Under the pieces are notes generated by a model. The model did no database searches. It saw only the letters and a list, made by a program, of their open reading frames with translations, and had not been told where the DNA came from. Both the position numbers and the translations under genes were made by a program. A DNA stretch of 62,956 nt, counting the filler, from Octopus bimaculoides (taxonomy: Eukaryota), in assembly GCF_001194135.2 (NCBI RefSeq). It is 6 parts of 5 records of this genome, joined end to end, with 100 filler letters (N's around TTAATTAATTAA, not from the genome) between each part and the next. Parts side by side here need not be neighbours in the genome. Positions count along the whole stretch, not along the records: positions 37,674 to 42,488 come from NC_068985.1; positions 42,589 to 51,773 come from NC_069006.1; positions 51,874 to 58,386 come from NC_068985.1; 3 more parts are not named here. The stretch is one strand, 5' to 3'. Every line of letters begins with the position of its first letter. Position 1 is the first letter of the stretch. Below are positions 40,801 through 53,740 of the stretch, one piece after another.

Positions 40801-41539
40801 GGCAACATATAAGCCAGATTAAGATACAGGCTCTGGATAAGGGTTTGTAAGTTTGTCGGTATATGTATGCGTATAAAGGCACATGTAATCGCCTGTGCAT
40901 GATTTAGTTTTATAAAATNNNNNNNNNNNNNNNNNNNNNNNNNNNNNNNNNNNNNNNNNNNNNNNNNNNNNNNNNNNNNNNNNNNNNNNNNNNNNNNNNN
41001 NNNNNNNNNNNNNNNNNTATAAAATCCATATATATATATATATATATATATATAAGCAACGTAGCTAGTTCTAAAATCGCTATTAAAGATGCAAGTAGTA
41101 ACGATACCGAAAAGTAATGTTGCCACTTCAGTGTAACTGTTCCATGCAGAATTATGTTACTGCCTTTTAACCCCAGGAAAAATTTTTGGAGCTGGTTAAT
41201 GAAAAACAACCTGTATCTGATATATTACGAGTAACGGTCCAGGTGTGACAAGATCAGTAGATCAGGACTGGTTTCAGGGTCTTACCCTTCCACAGTACTG
41301 GACACTTGCCTGCTAGACATGGGAGTCATTCGTCCTTACTCGCAATACATAAACAAATAAGCGACAATCAGCCGCTGGTCTTACAACAAGCAAACTAACT
41401 AGTTCTAAATTGTCTGTAAGTGATGTAACTAGTAATAATACTGGAACGTAATTTTTGTTGCCACTCCAGCATTTCCGTTCCATGTTATTAGTGAGATACA
41501 TACATACATACATACATACATACATACATACATACATAG

Positions 41540-41821
41540 AATGTTCGAACTAAATTTGAGAGTTCACAAAACAAAAATGAAGCACAATGTCCTATCCAAT
41601 AATAAAATTATTTTAAAGAGTTCAGAAATACCAAACAGATTATGCTCGAGCAATAACAATTTTTTCACAGTGGATACATTCAGTTTCCTCCAATCCTCAA
41701 GATGCCTCCAGCACCTAAGACCCTGGGAAAGTCTTCGAACATCTCCGTGATCTTGGTCACAAGATCAGCCTTGCTGTCGCAGGCAGAGCGGTTGGTGACT
41801 TTTTGAACTGTGCCTCACACT
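41540..41821 (-). mobile_element. Tc1/mariner (maT/DD37D-like) transposase C-terminal relic
   Basis: Minus frame 41821-41700: V*GTVQKVTNRSACDSKADLVTKITEMFEDFPR, resembling the post-catalytic VWG.VE..TN..ACNTK..L..KI..VFE.LPR segment. Subfamily assignment is inference. Confidence 0.65.
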
Positions 41822-41990
41822 CACTGGCGTAGCTAGAATATGTACCGCTCGGGGCGGTTCTTAAATTTGCCGCCCTGGGACACCTTCAAAGAATACATTT
41901 TGCCTACAACAGATCTAAAAGTGGTACCACTCCCATAAAGTGCTGTCCGGAGCAGACCATCCCTTCCACTTCCTTCTAGCTACTCTAGTG
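41822..41990. mobile_element. hAT-superfamily MITE (169 bp)
   Basis: TIRs CACTGGCGTAGCTAG / CTAGCTACTCTAGTG (13/15); 8-bp TSD CTCACACT (41814-41821) / CTCACATT (41991-41998). Confidence 0.85.
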
Positions 41991-42188
41991 CTCACATTTA
42001 GAATCTTTTACCTTTTCTATCTTTTACTTGCTTCAGTTAGTAGACTGTAGCCATACCAGGAACGACGCCTTCAATTCTTTTAGCCAAGCAGTGGTGCGAA
42101 ACAAACAGACACATGCACACACACGCACACATATCTATATCTATATCTATCTATCCGTCTATCTGTCCTTCTATCGACCTATCTATCC

Positions 42189-42230
<42 letters not shown>

Positions 42231-42235
42231 AAACA

Positions 42236-42312
<77 letters not shown>

Positions 42313-42654
42313 GACGGACGTGCTGTCACATCGGCTACAGAGGTAAACCTCTTTTTGACCTTTTATTACCCACATTTTGTTGGAATTTTTTGTATATAAG
42401 GTGTGTGAAGCACCTAACTTTCTTTTTATTGTGTTTTCAAGGTAGGAATTAGCCCTTAGGGGCAGTTTCAACCTTTTTAAAATTATATNNNNNNNNNNNN
42501 NNNNNNNNNNNNNNNNNNNNNNNNNNNNNNNNTTAATTAATTAANNNNNNNNNNNNNNNNNNNNNNNNNNNNNNNNNNNNNNNNNNNNTATATATATGCC
42601 TACATCTACACATACATTGATAACCCTGTGTGCGTGTCTATGCATATATAAGTG

Positions 42655-42717
<63 letters not shown>

Positions 42718-43278
42718 AAATATATATATATATATATATGTACAATTAAGTTGTCCCATTTTGTTAATGAAACAGGAAGATCGTATCCAATGTATGTTGC
42801 AAGGTATATTTATTTAAATTCAAATTCTTTCCCTTGTGACTCAAGTTTCACGCCATAGCGATCATCAGTACACACACACACACCTATACATATATCTCTC
42901 CCCCTCCCTCTCTCTCTCTCTCTCTCTCTCTGTCCCTCTCTTTATATATATATAATGTATATATATCGTATCTACTTTAAGATACAGGCTTGTGTGTGAG
43001 AATGTATACTATGCGTATGCAATTTCTCTGGTATTTACAACAAAAAAAAAAAACGTTTAGTCTACACTCTCCCACGCTCTATTCTCTACGCATAGGTATA
43101 TATAAATGCATATGTACATGGATATGCATATATACACGCTTACAAATATATACACACGCACACTCAATGAATGTATGTACATATTTATATATATATATGT
43201 GGTTTTAAATATAAACGTCATATATGATGTCTGTGTTTGTGTATATGTGAGAATTGTCTGTATGCTAGTTTGCAGCCA

Positions 43279-43317
<39 letters not shown>

Positions 43318-43682
43318 TGTATGTTTATATATATGTGTGACTATCCGAGTAGAGATATATTTGTATAGATTATACACAAATACAGTCAAGCAGCCAACAC
43401 ACATAAACATGCGCAGACACACGTATAAATATATACGCAAATGCAAACATACACATGCTTATATTCATACACGCACACAAACTCACGTATGTATATGTAC
43501 ACAAAGACTCACACACGTATGCATACCCCCCACGCACACACTGACACGCACACACTGACACGCACACAAATACACACAGACATACATACATATATATNNN
43601 NNNNNNNNNNNNNNNNNNNNNNNNNNNNNNNNNNNNNNNNNNNNNNNNNNNNNNNNNNNNNNNNNNNNNNNNNATATATATG

Positions 43683-43723
<41 letters not shown>

Positions 43724-44043
43724 GAGCATAGAAAGAGAGAGGACCATAGAGAGAGAGAATAGACACCCACACACACTGTACTTGTTTACGGAATAAACCA
43801 GCAACGTTTGGTGTAAACACTGCGACTTATCGCGCATATACATCCGTTTAGGGTCTGCTAAACCACTCGTAAGTGGACATTTTATTATAAACACCCCTTT
43901 ACCACGTGAGTACTCAATAGGGCACAGTACATACTTATCTATATAGCCCTACTTGTCTACCCACCTCCTTGCGCACCCATACACCCTATCTTGCGACACA
44001 TTTATCTATTTGTCTGTCTGTCTATTCACTGGTTTGAAATTAT

Positions 44044-44425
44044 ATTAAAAACACCCGATTCGATATTGTATTTTGGTAAACTAGGTTGGGTCCCAAGTCT
44101 ATAAGTAAGCCCTGGTCGAAGATCATCTGCATTTATTTCATCGATCTGGAATATCCAGCAACAATGATAGCCATTAAAAATACTCAATTTCATATGGCAC
44201 TTTAGTAAACCAGGTTGGATCACAAGCCGATCTGGAATATCCAGCAACAATGATGGCTATTAAAAATACTAAATTTGACATAGTATGTTCCTGAACCAGG
44301 AAGGATCACAAGTCTATAAACCAGTTCTGGTTGAGTATCATCCGCATTAATGTCATCGATCTGGAATATCTAACAACAGTTATGGCCATTAGAAATATCC
44401 GATTTGGTATGGTATTTTAGTAAAA
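44044..44425. repeat. Diverged tandem repeat, 129-bp unit (one unit 86 bp), about 3.3 copies
   Basis: cgatctggaatatc anchors at 44142, 44228, 44357; attaaaaa(c/t)ac anchors at 44044, 44173. Confidence 0.9.
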
Positions 44426-44460
44426 TATATATATAGATTGAGAAAAAGGGGGTAGTCAGA

Positions 44461-44573
44461 ATTTTGGATCATTCGTTATTAGCGCTTTCGTTCGTTTAAC
44501 GAACTCATGACAAGATGATTTTGTCTTGAGTTCGATAAACGAACAAAAGTGCTAATAAAGAATTAACCAAAAT
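44461..44573. repeat. About 113-nt near-perfect hairpin
   Basis: 44461-44515 pairs with 44519-44573 over about 50 bp with about 7 mismatches or wobbles and no indels. Confidence 0.9.
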
Positions 44574-44599
44574 TCAAATTCTGTCTGAAAGACAAGGTT

Positions 44600-44763
44600 G
44601 ATGTAGGTTAATTGTTTTACTCAACATATTCCCGTCTTAGATTCACTTATTGCGGCGGCCCTTTACGTTTTCTAAGCCCTGCAAAGAAACTCGGAAAGTT
44701 GGGCTTCCAACGAAGCCTTTCGCGATACCCTTAAGGCCAGGAACTTTTCAGCACCCCCTCGTA
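44600..44763. mobile_element. mariner-type MITE, copy 3 (left end missing)
   Basis: Ends aaggccaggaacttttcagcaccccctcgta, the best-preserved TIR. Confidence 0.85.
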
Positions 44764-45289
44764 AAATCTCAGAAAAATTAATAGTCTGAATTAGGTTTAG
44801 CTGGTGTTTCTAGCATCAGGTCGTACGATACCGGAATATGGTATTTCCTTACATTCGTTTCAAAAGTGAGATAAAGATAAGAAATCTGAACCGATTCTTT
44901 CAGCCAAAGACAAACAGATTTCATTGTGGCTGACTGTAGAACATAAACAAAACCGTGTGGCTTTTGGTTCCAAGTTCTCAAATGAACTGGTTCTTAGGTT
45001 TCTATTATGAATGCATTCCAGTACAGGCAAGGGTGTCTTAGAATATAGAAAACGTACGCTGCGAGTGAGAGGTGAGATATTGTCAAGAACGCACAAAATA
45101 AAAATAAGTAGGCAAATCAATACATACACGCTGGCATGGGTTATACAACCACATGGTTTCGAGTTCAATCCTATCCCGCTGCACAACAGAAAGGTTAGAA
45201 GAGAAATTCAATGTCGGTGGAATTTGAACTCGGAACGTAAGGAGGGAGAAGTGCCTTAAGCATTTTGGCCAACGCACTCACGATTCTAT

Positions 45290-45502
45290 TCTACTCTAGG
45301 CTCAAGGCCCGAAATTTTTATTCGGGGGGGGGAGTCGATTAGATCGACCCTAGAACGCCACTGGTACTTAATTTGTCGACCCTGAAATTTGCGATGAAAG
45401 GCAAAGTCGACCTCGGCGGAATTTGAACTTAGAACGTAAGACAGACGAAATACTGTTAAGTATTTCGCCGGCGTGCTAACGTTTCTGCCAGCTCACCGCC
45501 TT
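45290..45502 (-). mobile_element. SINE family B, near full length; further 5' fragment at about 45215-45290
   Basis: ctaggctcaaggcccgaaatttt..gtcgattagatcgaccc..ctggtacttaatttgtcgaccc..gatgaaaggcaaagtcgacctcggcggaatttgaact..ctgccagctcaccgcc. Confidence 0.85.
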
Positions 45503-46069
45503 GGAACGAAATGGAGGTAACTGTTTCAAATTTCTGGCACGGGAGCCGCAGATTTTTTTTTTTTTTTTCTTGTGGGTGACAATATCGACGGTTATTAATT
45601 ACGACAACGACCAATATTCTCATAAAAAGCAGCATACGTTTGATAATGATGATTACGATGTTGATACGATAACGATGATGATTATGATGATGATAACGAT
45701 AACAATACCCACCCCAGCTCTCATGTTTATATCTAACAGAGTTATCACATACTACTTCACTCGCTATGGAAATATCACTTTAAGAAAATAACGCTCATAT
45801 ATGTATGTATATATATCGTTCCAGATCTGTTAGAGAAATGGGGCGATTACGAGACAGGAAATGAAGTCTCGAGCAACATCAATTTAAAGGGAAGAAGTGA
45901 CACTCATGCCTTTCCCACAGACATGTGAAATAAATATGTTGGTATTGCAAATTTGGTTTAAGATTCTATCCGACTTCAAAAGAAACACACGTGTTTCGCA
46001 TTTACACGCTTTCCAGTTGAATGTGGAGTTTGGTTTCATTGTATTCTATATCAGATGCCGATGTCTACA

Positions 46070-46107
<38 letters not shown>

Positions 46108-46201
46108 GTGACGTATGTAGTACTAACTATTACATTTATAAATGCATATATATAAATACACGTACAAATATGTATAGGCGCACATGTACATAGCTCATGC
46201 A

Positions 46202-46237
<36 letters not shown>

Positions 46238-47000
46238 NNNNNNNNNNNNNNNNNNNNNNNNNNNNNNNNNNNNNNNNNNNNNNNNNNNNNNNNNNNNNNN
46301 NNNNNNNNNNNNTATATATACATACATACATACATACAAACACAGACATACATCCATACACATTAATAGATATGTATGCATATATATATATATATATATA
46401 TATATACGTACACATACACACATACATACATATACACATACATACATACATACATACATACATGCCAAAGATACTGGAAAGATGTATGTGCGTGTGTGCC
46501 ATTGTGTATCAAATATTTTTTTCTTTTTTAAAGAGAAAAAGCAAAAAGATTTCTTACACAACCACACACACACAACCCCATACATACTCTGGTTCCTCCC
46601 AAGATCTTTGGCATCCCTGACATGGATATTGCAGATATTCCAGACGTACCTTCTAAGTGCTCAGGTATTTTGTCCTGATGAAAAACAAAAGTGGCTTGCT
46701 GTTTATAGGATCTATATTCGCAGATAATTGTGTCTAAACAAATCACCAGGGGTTATAAAAGCCACACACATACACCCATGCCGCCATACATACACACACA
46801 CACACACATATGGGCACATGTGTGATGTTTGTAGTTTAATCTCTATGATCAGAAGTCTTGTGTGTATGAAGACGTATGATGTGTTTTGTATGTGTATTTG
46901 TAAATATACGATAGCTGCAGCTGGCCGTCTTTGTAAGACATGCATCTATCTATATATGTGTTTGTATGTGTAAGACAATGTGTCTCTGTCTGTCTGTCTT

Positions 47001-47061
<61 letters not shown>

Positions 47062-47809
47062 NNNNNNNNNNNNNNNNNNNNNNNNNNNNNNNNNNNNNNN
47101 NNNNNNNNNNNNNNNNNNNNNNNNNNNNNNNNNNNNNNNNNNNNNNNNNNNNNNNNNNNNNNNNNNNNNNNNNNNNNNNNNNNNNNNNNNNNNNNNNNNN
47201 NNNNNNNNNNNNNNNNNNNNNNNNNNNNNNNNNNNNNNNNNNNNNNNNNNNNNNNNNNNNNNNNNNNNNNNNNNNNNNNNNNNNNNNNNNNNNNNNNNNN
47301 NNNNNNNNNNNNNNNNNNNNNNNNNNNNNNNNNNNNNNNNNNNNNNNNNNNNNNNNNNNNNNNNNNNNNNNNNNNNNNNNNNNNNNNNNNNTAACAATTC
47401 GAGATTGCAAAAATAATGAGGAACCCGCCACTGAAGGAATTCGAAACTTCCACCTCCTCTTTAATAGGAAATCGCCTGCCTTGTGTTATATTACCAAGCT
47501 TATTCCTAACCTGACAGCGTCACAAGTCGGTTCCTGTTAATGTGAGAACTACCCCACATAGTTACCCGCTCTACTAGATATAGCAGCCAAATGTCTGTCA
47601 AATAATATCCCACTGTCTGGAAAAAAAAAACGTCACATTTTGTGATTCATAGAAGAAAGAACGATGGCCAAGACTGGAACCAGGGTTGGAGGTAAGACTT
47701 GGAGGCCAGGGTATCCCAAGTTCGTTGTGGGCCCCTCATGCAGAGAAATTAAAATCCATGAGAATTAATCACGAAATTTACATATCAACCAGGAACTCGT
47801 GTATGAGCG

Positions 47810-47990
47810 TCTGTTTGTGTGTTTGTCTTTTCTTTACCACCCCGCTTAATAAACACTGTTGGTTTGTTTACGTCCTAGTAATTTAGCGGTTACGTGGAAT
47901 GTGTACGAGAGTTAAAAGGCAAATACTGTTCGCGGGAGTGTACCAGCGTGGCCGTAGTCGAATGCCTGAAAGAAATGAAACACAGACAGA
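47810..47990 (+). mobile_element. SINE family A 3' half, old
   Basis: tgttggtttgtttacgtcctagtaatttagcggtt...accagcgtggccgtagtcgaatgcctgaaa. Confidence 0.6.
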
Positions 47991-48702
47991 TAAACAGACA
48001 GACATACATATAGATAGATAGATATAAAGATAGAGGCAGACAGACAGACAGACAGATAGATAGATAGATAGATAGATAGAGGCAGAAAGACAGACAGATA
48101 GATGGATAGATATATATAAAGACTGACAGATAGATGGATAGATAGATATAAAGATAGAAAGATAAATATATAGACGGACAAATAAAGATAGGCAGACTGA
48201 CAGATAGATAGGTATAGAAATACTCTCTCACATACATTACACACATATATATACAGATACTTAAAGAAAAGGGTGCACACAGTTAAAGGCACGGATACAC
48301 AAACAACACATTTATCTTTGGTTACTATTGAAGTCACGTGTCTTTATGGAAACTTAAACAGAAAAACGCAATTTGAAATTTCTTCTCATTATCGCATTGC
48401 CGCCTCCCATGGGGTCCCCGCAATGAACTCAAGTAACAGTCAATAGAAACTAGAAAAACGAACAAGGAATTAGATAAGCAACAAGAAGAGGGAAAACAAT
48501 AAGAAGCAGAAACAACTTGGGTTCTGCACGTGTACTCCTCACCATACACACATTGTACTCTTGTATCTGAGTATCACATTTATTTCTGTGTATGCGTGTC
48601 TGTGTGTATATATGTATATAAATGCATACGTATATATTTGTTATAAATATATAAATATCCATACTTATATACGTGTGTGTATATACACATATATCAGCAT
48701 AC

Positions 48703-48746
<44 letters not shown>

Positions 48747-48756
48747 NNNNNNNNNN

Positions 48757-48787
<31 letters not shown>

Positions 48788-49919
48788 ATTCATATATTTG
48801 TGTTTGTGTGTATGTATATATATAACCATACGTACATATGTATATATACTTACATGCTGTACACTCATGCATACACACACATATATACATATACTTTTAT
48901 ACACACACACACACACACACACACATGCGTGTATATATAATTATTTGTTTATTTAGGAAAATAGTAGAGTCGGGGATCTTGTTATACTGTGGAAAGATCT
49001 GTTTTAGCTTAGAAAATAACTTACATTATATAACTCCTTATGATCCTGTACGTTGTGAGATCAAATCTCGACAGGTGATCCGATTCTAACTCCTATTTTC
49101 TACCAGGTAGTGTTATTGGAAAACTTGGCATCATTCACGTAACGTGGTGTAAATCTGGAGTAAGCGAGAAATGCCATCGAGAAGGTAACAATTGGCTACG
49201 GAAAGATTTTGACAAACCTAATTAATTGATTTGTCTGACCTAACGTTTGATCAAACTTTCACCTAGCTAATTGGTTATATTGTTATCAATTTGATTAATA
49301 AAAAATAAAGAAGTGAAATAGAATCAGTACGTGTGTTTATTGGCATAAAGACCCTCCCAAGATATAACATGTGTCAAGGCACGAAATCACATCAATAATC
49401 TTGCAAACCAACAGAAACGTCATTAAAGTGGGATTCCTAAAGCTCGAAGTTCTGGTGAGAAGGAACTGGACGTGTCACGTGTCTGGAGTTTGATTTATTT
49501 TTTATGTTTGTTCCTCGAGCAGGGTAGCAAAGTTGTATCTGTCAAATTTAAATTCGCATACTAATGACTAGTACATAAGAACTACATCTAAGTATTCCAT
49601 TTATTTTAAGAATGAGTTATACTCTCTTGGGTTGATCCGAGGCGAGTTGTTTCTCGTGGTCAATGACTTTCAGATGTTTTAACACACACACACACACACT
49701 CTCATGTGTATACCAATAGATAGACAGATAGATGGATAACCATCAAATCAGGTGGTATCAAACGTGAATGCAGATCTATAATTCTCATGATTTGTATATG
49801 ATTACAGCTGTTTCGTAATGTTTTACCTCAGTGACACACATACACACACACATATATATGTAGACAGATAGCTAGCTAGCTAGCTAGCTAGATAGATAGA
49901 TAGATAGATATAGCTATAC

Positions 49920-50072
49920 ATGAGCTTCCACACAATTTCCGTCATCTAAAGCCATCACACATCTTCAGTCAGCCCAGGGTTATAGTAGACACCTGCCCGA
50001 TGCCGCGCAGTTAGGACTGAACCCCAAACCACATTGCTGCCAAACAAGCTTCTTAAGTACACAGCCCTACCT
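49920..50072 (-). mobile_element. SINE family A 5' half
   Basis: tttccgtc..tcagcccagggttatagtagacacctgccc..gcagttaggactgaacccc..caagcttcttaagtacacagccctacctgcacc. Confidence 0.7.
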
Positions 50073-51079
50073 GCACCTATCACTCATTTAAATTCATTCA
50101 AATTTCTCTTTCTTTTCTGATCTGTAACTTCATGCAACAAATACACAACCACCCAATTTACTGTTCCCATTTCATGCTGATGGCTTCCCTGGGTAATCCT
50201 CAGCTGTGTTACTTTTACATAGATTGTCGTTACTAAATATAGTTGTGTATACATTGACCCAAACATTTCTTTGATAAATAACAGCGTTAAAGATTATCTC
50301 TTTAAAGGCAGCTCTCACACCAAAAGTCAACATCAATTTATACACACACACACAAAGATATATACAGGCATATACAACCTTAATCAGTCAGAAAATTTAC
50401 GAGGGAGAAAAACACTGCTATCAAACACCAGTAAATTTACGCGAGAGAGAACAGCGCTATCAATTCTAAAGGATTTCGGGCTTTCAAAACACGGATACGA
50501 AAAATGGAACATAAATAAAAGCGTTTAGGAATGTCTTGCTACATGTAGTGTTGAGGTAAATAATAGCAATAATAACACATACACTTTAACAACAGTAAAA
50601 CCGCATACTATAACACAACAAGAATGTTTAATGAATAAAAAGGGGTTTGTCGATTTAATAGACAAAAGTACTTAACTGGTACTTATTTTATCGGAAGGCG
50701 TAAGATGAAAGAGAAATTCAAATGTGGTAAGATTTAGATTAAGATTTTGAAAGAAAAGTGTTTCCTAGGCTTTCCAGCCATTCTGGCATCAGCCAGATTT
50801 GAACCTTAAACATATAGGGACATAGGAAAATCGCATTAGTTTTCTCCTTACGTTGCTACGTTGGGAATCAGACTCTGAGTAATGTTGTCAGCATAGTTCG
50901 GATAGGGCTGCATGTCACCTATACGTATAAGTGGCCAAAAGCTCATCCTCGAAAAGGAGATCTGAGTTGTTGGATGTCGCTAACCGGTCAGTATATCAAC
51001 GGCACCAGAAGATGCTATTTGTGCGTCACAGAAAATCAACATATTAGTTTAAAATTTTAGTACAATGACAAGAAAGTTT

Positions 51080-51245
51080 GGAGGAGAAATCGATTACATC
51101 TACCTCAGTTTTCAACTGGTACTTATTTTGTCGATCCCAGAAGGATGAAAGATATGGTCGACTTCTGTAGAATTTGAACGCAGAACGTAAAGATGGATGA
51201 AATGCCGCTAAGCATTTTGCCTTCATGCTAACGATTCTGCCAGAT
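51080..51245 (-). mobile_element. SINE family B
   Basis: tcgattacatc..actggtacttattttgtcgatcccagaaggatgaaag..gtcgac..gaatttgaacgcagaacgtaaag..ctaacgattctgccag. Confidence 0.8.
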
Positions 51246-51539
51246 TTAATATAGTATACCGCACGGAGTTCTACCAATGATATTAATCACTCGCTCGGAA
51301 AGTTTCAGATTATGGCTTCACGTCTATATGTTTCAGCTCAAATTTTATACCCCAATATGTTACTCCACAGGCATTTATTAACCATTATCCCCGAGCAAGA
51401 CATTACGGCAACTTCTTTCCAAAGTCAGACAACTACACAAATGCAATGGTGGTAGTGTCATAGCCGCAGTTTGAAATTTGAGGGGGTCAAGTCTTCCAAT
51501 TTGTCCTTAGTGCAGATGTTTGTAATGTTTGTTTCTTTT

Positions 51540-51721
51540 CTTCTATTTCTTTGCCATTTGACTGCGACCATGCTGGAGCACTGCCTTTAGTCGAACACGT
51601 CGACCCCAGGACTTATTCTTTGTAAGCCTAATTCTATCGTCTCTATTGCCAAACCGCTAAGTTACGTGGATGTAAACACACCAACATCGGTTCTCAATCG
51701 ATGAGGTCAAACACAGACACA

Positions 51722-51725
<4 letters not shown>
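51540..51725 (-). mobile_element. SINE family A 3' half
   Basis: catttgactgcgaccatgctggagcactgcctttagtcgaacacgtcgaccccaggacttattctttgtaagcc. Confidence 0.85.
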
Positions 51726-51773
<48 letters not shown>

Positions 51774-52001
51774 NNNNNNNNNNNNNNNNNNNNNNNNNNN
51801 NNNNNNNNNNNNNNNNNTTAATTAATTAANNNNNNNNNNNNNNNNNNNNNNNNNNNNNNNNNNNNNNNNNNNNTATATATACATATATGTATGTATATAC
51901 GAATATACATACATACATACATATCTATAGATCTGTGTATATGTATGTGTCAATATCTGGCAATCAATCCGTCTGTCTACCTCTCTATACATCTATCTGT
52001 C

Positions 52002-52060
<59 letters not shown>

Positions 52061-52486
52061 CGCATACCATTCCAAACCCTCCTGCATTTCTTCTCTTGTT
52101 GTCGCTATCTCTATCTCCACTTTTGGTTGGCTCAGTCTGCCTTCAAATTATTCTTTTTTAACACTGTAATCTTGGCGCATTTATTAATAATTTCGATCAG
52201 GTCAGATCAATATATTATCGACTTTTACCGATTTGGCATCTATCAATAGACAGATGCGTCTGCATATAGGTATACTGACACTTAGAAATATACAAACATA
52301 TATGCATAAGTCCCGGCACACACAAACACCCGAATACATGAATATGTATAAGTATGTATGTATGCACGTATGTATGTATGTATGTATGTATGTATGTATG
52401 TATGTATGTATGTATGTATGTATGTATGAATGCATGCATATACCTACCTACCTACCTACATACATACGTACATACATACACACATA

Positions 52487-52577
<91 letters not shown>

Positions 52578-53175
52578 AAACTTTATATATATGTGCATAT
52601 ATATATTCACGTCACTCACGAATACATGGGTACGTATATATATATACACACAGACGTGTGAGTATATATATGCCTGTGTTTACATAAAGTTATATATCGA
52701 GATACAACAGTTGCAAACTTAACTGCGTACGCACAACAAGTGAGTGCACCTGTATGCATATACACTCATATGCAATCACATACACGCAAGCCAAATGTAT
52801 TAATAAATCCTCTCTTCATCGACATAGTGCCAGCAGACACCAGATACATATTCACATTGGTTAGATTTTATCTAACAATGTATAAACAACGTCTAGTAAG
52901 CACCACCTCAGTGTGTAGCGCCAAGTGCTATATTGATTTTGTTGGAAGTCTCGGGAAGAAGGGGAGAGCAGAATAGGAGTAGTGCGAGGAAGTAAAGCTG
53001 TAGATTAGGAAGATCAGGAAATAGGAAGCGGGAAAGAAGAGAATATATTTTCGGCGTGTGTCTTGCGTAAGAAACCATAGTTCAGAGAGAATAATTAGAG
53101 GTAACAAAGGTTGTTTTATTTTTGAAGTTCGACTGGATTTGTACAACGACAACATCAACAACAACAACAACAACA

Positions 53176-53234
<59 letters not shown>

Positions 53235-53314
53235 CACTACTACTACTACTACTACTAGTATGCAAAACGTTATATGTGCATATATATTCACGTCACTCAC
53301 ACGTAGTAGTAGTA

Positions 53315-53740
53315 ATGGTTTCAAATCTTAGCACAAGGCCAGCAATATTAGGGGAAGGTCATTGTCGATTCCATTTTGTCCACCTCGCTAACAATTCTTC
53401 CAACTGGCTGCCTTAATAATTCTTTCTTCCACAGGCACAGGGCGTGAAGTTTTGGGGAAGCGGGTTTATTCGATTACATCGTCTCCTATTACTTGCTTCG
53501 TACTTAGTTAATCGACTCCGAAAGGATGAGAAACAAGTCGAATTCGGCGGAGTTGAAACATTTGAAAAAGTCCAGCAAGAGTGGCGAAATTGTTAGATTA
53601 CATGATTTCTTCGTATATGCGCCGTATTGGCGAGGTACGATTTGATGACATCGAACCCGGTACTTAATTGATACTTCATTTGATCGTCTCTAAAAGAATG
53701 ATAGGTAAAGTTGATGTCAGCGCATTTTGAGCTTAGAGCC
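53315..53740 (-). mobile_element. Cluster of decayed SINE family B fragments
   Basis: Two tails (gcacaaggcc.., ggcacagggcgtgaagtttgggg..) and cores (aatcgactccgaaaggatgagaaacaagtcgaattcggcgg; gatcgtctctaaaagaatgataggtaaagttga). Confidence 0.65.

Noticed and set aside
44044-44425. CRISPR-like repeat-spacer appearance
   Set aside because: Eukaryotic context, no cas genes, and the supposed spacers are homologous to each other. It is a tandem repeat.
44525-44550. Minus-strand UUUGUUCGUU resembling the start of miR-375
   Set aside because: Only about 10 nt match, the rest differs, and it would lie on the 5' arm whereas miR-375 is a 3' arm product.
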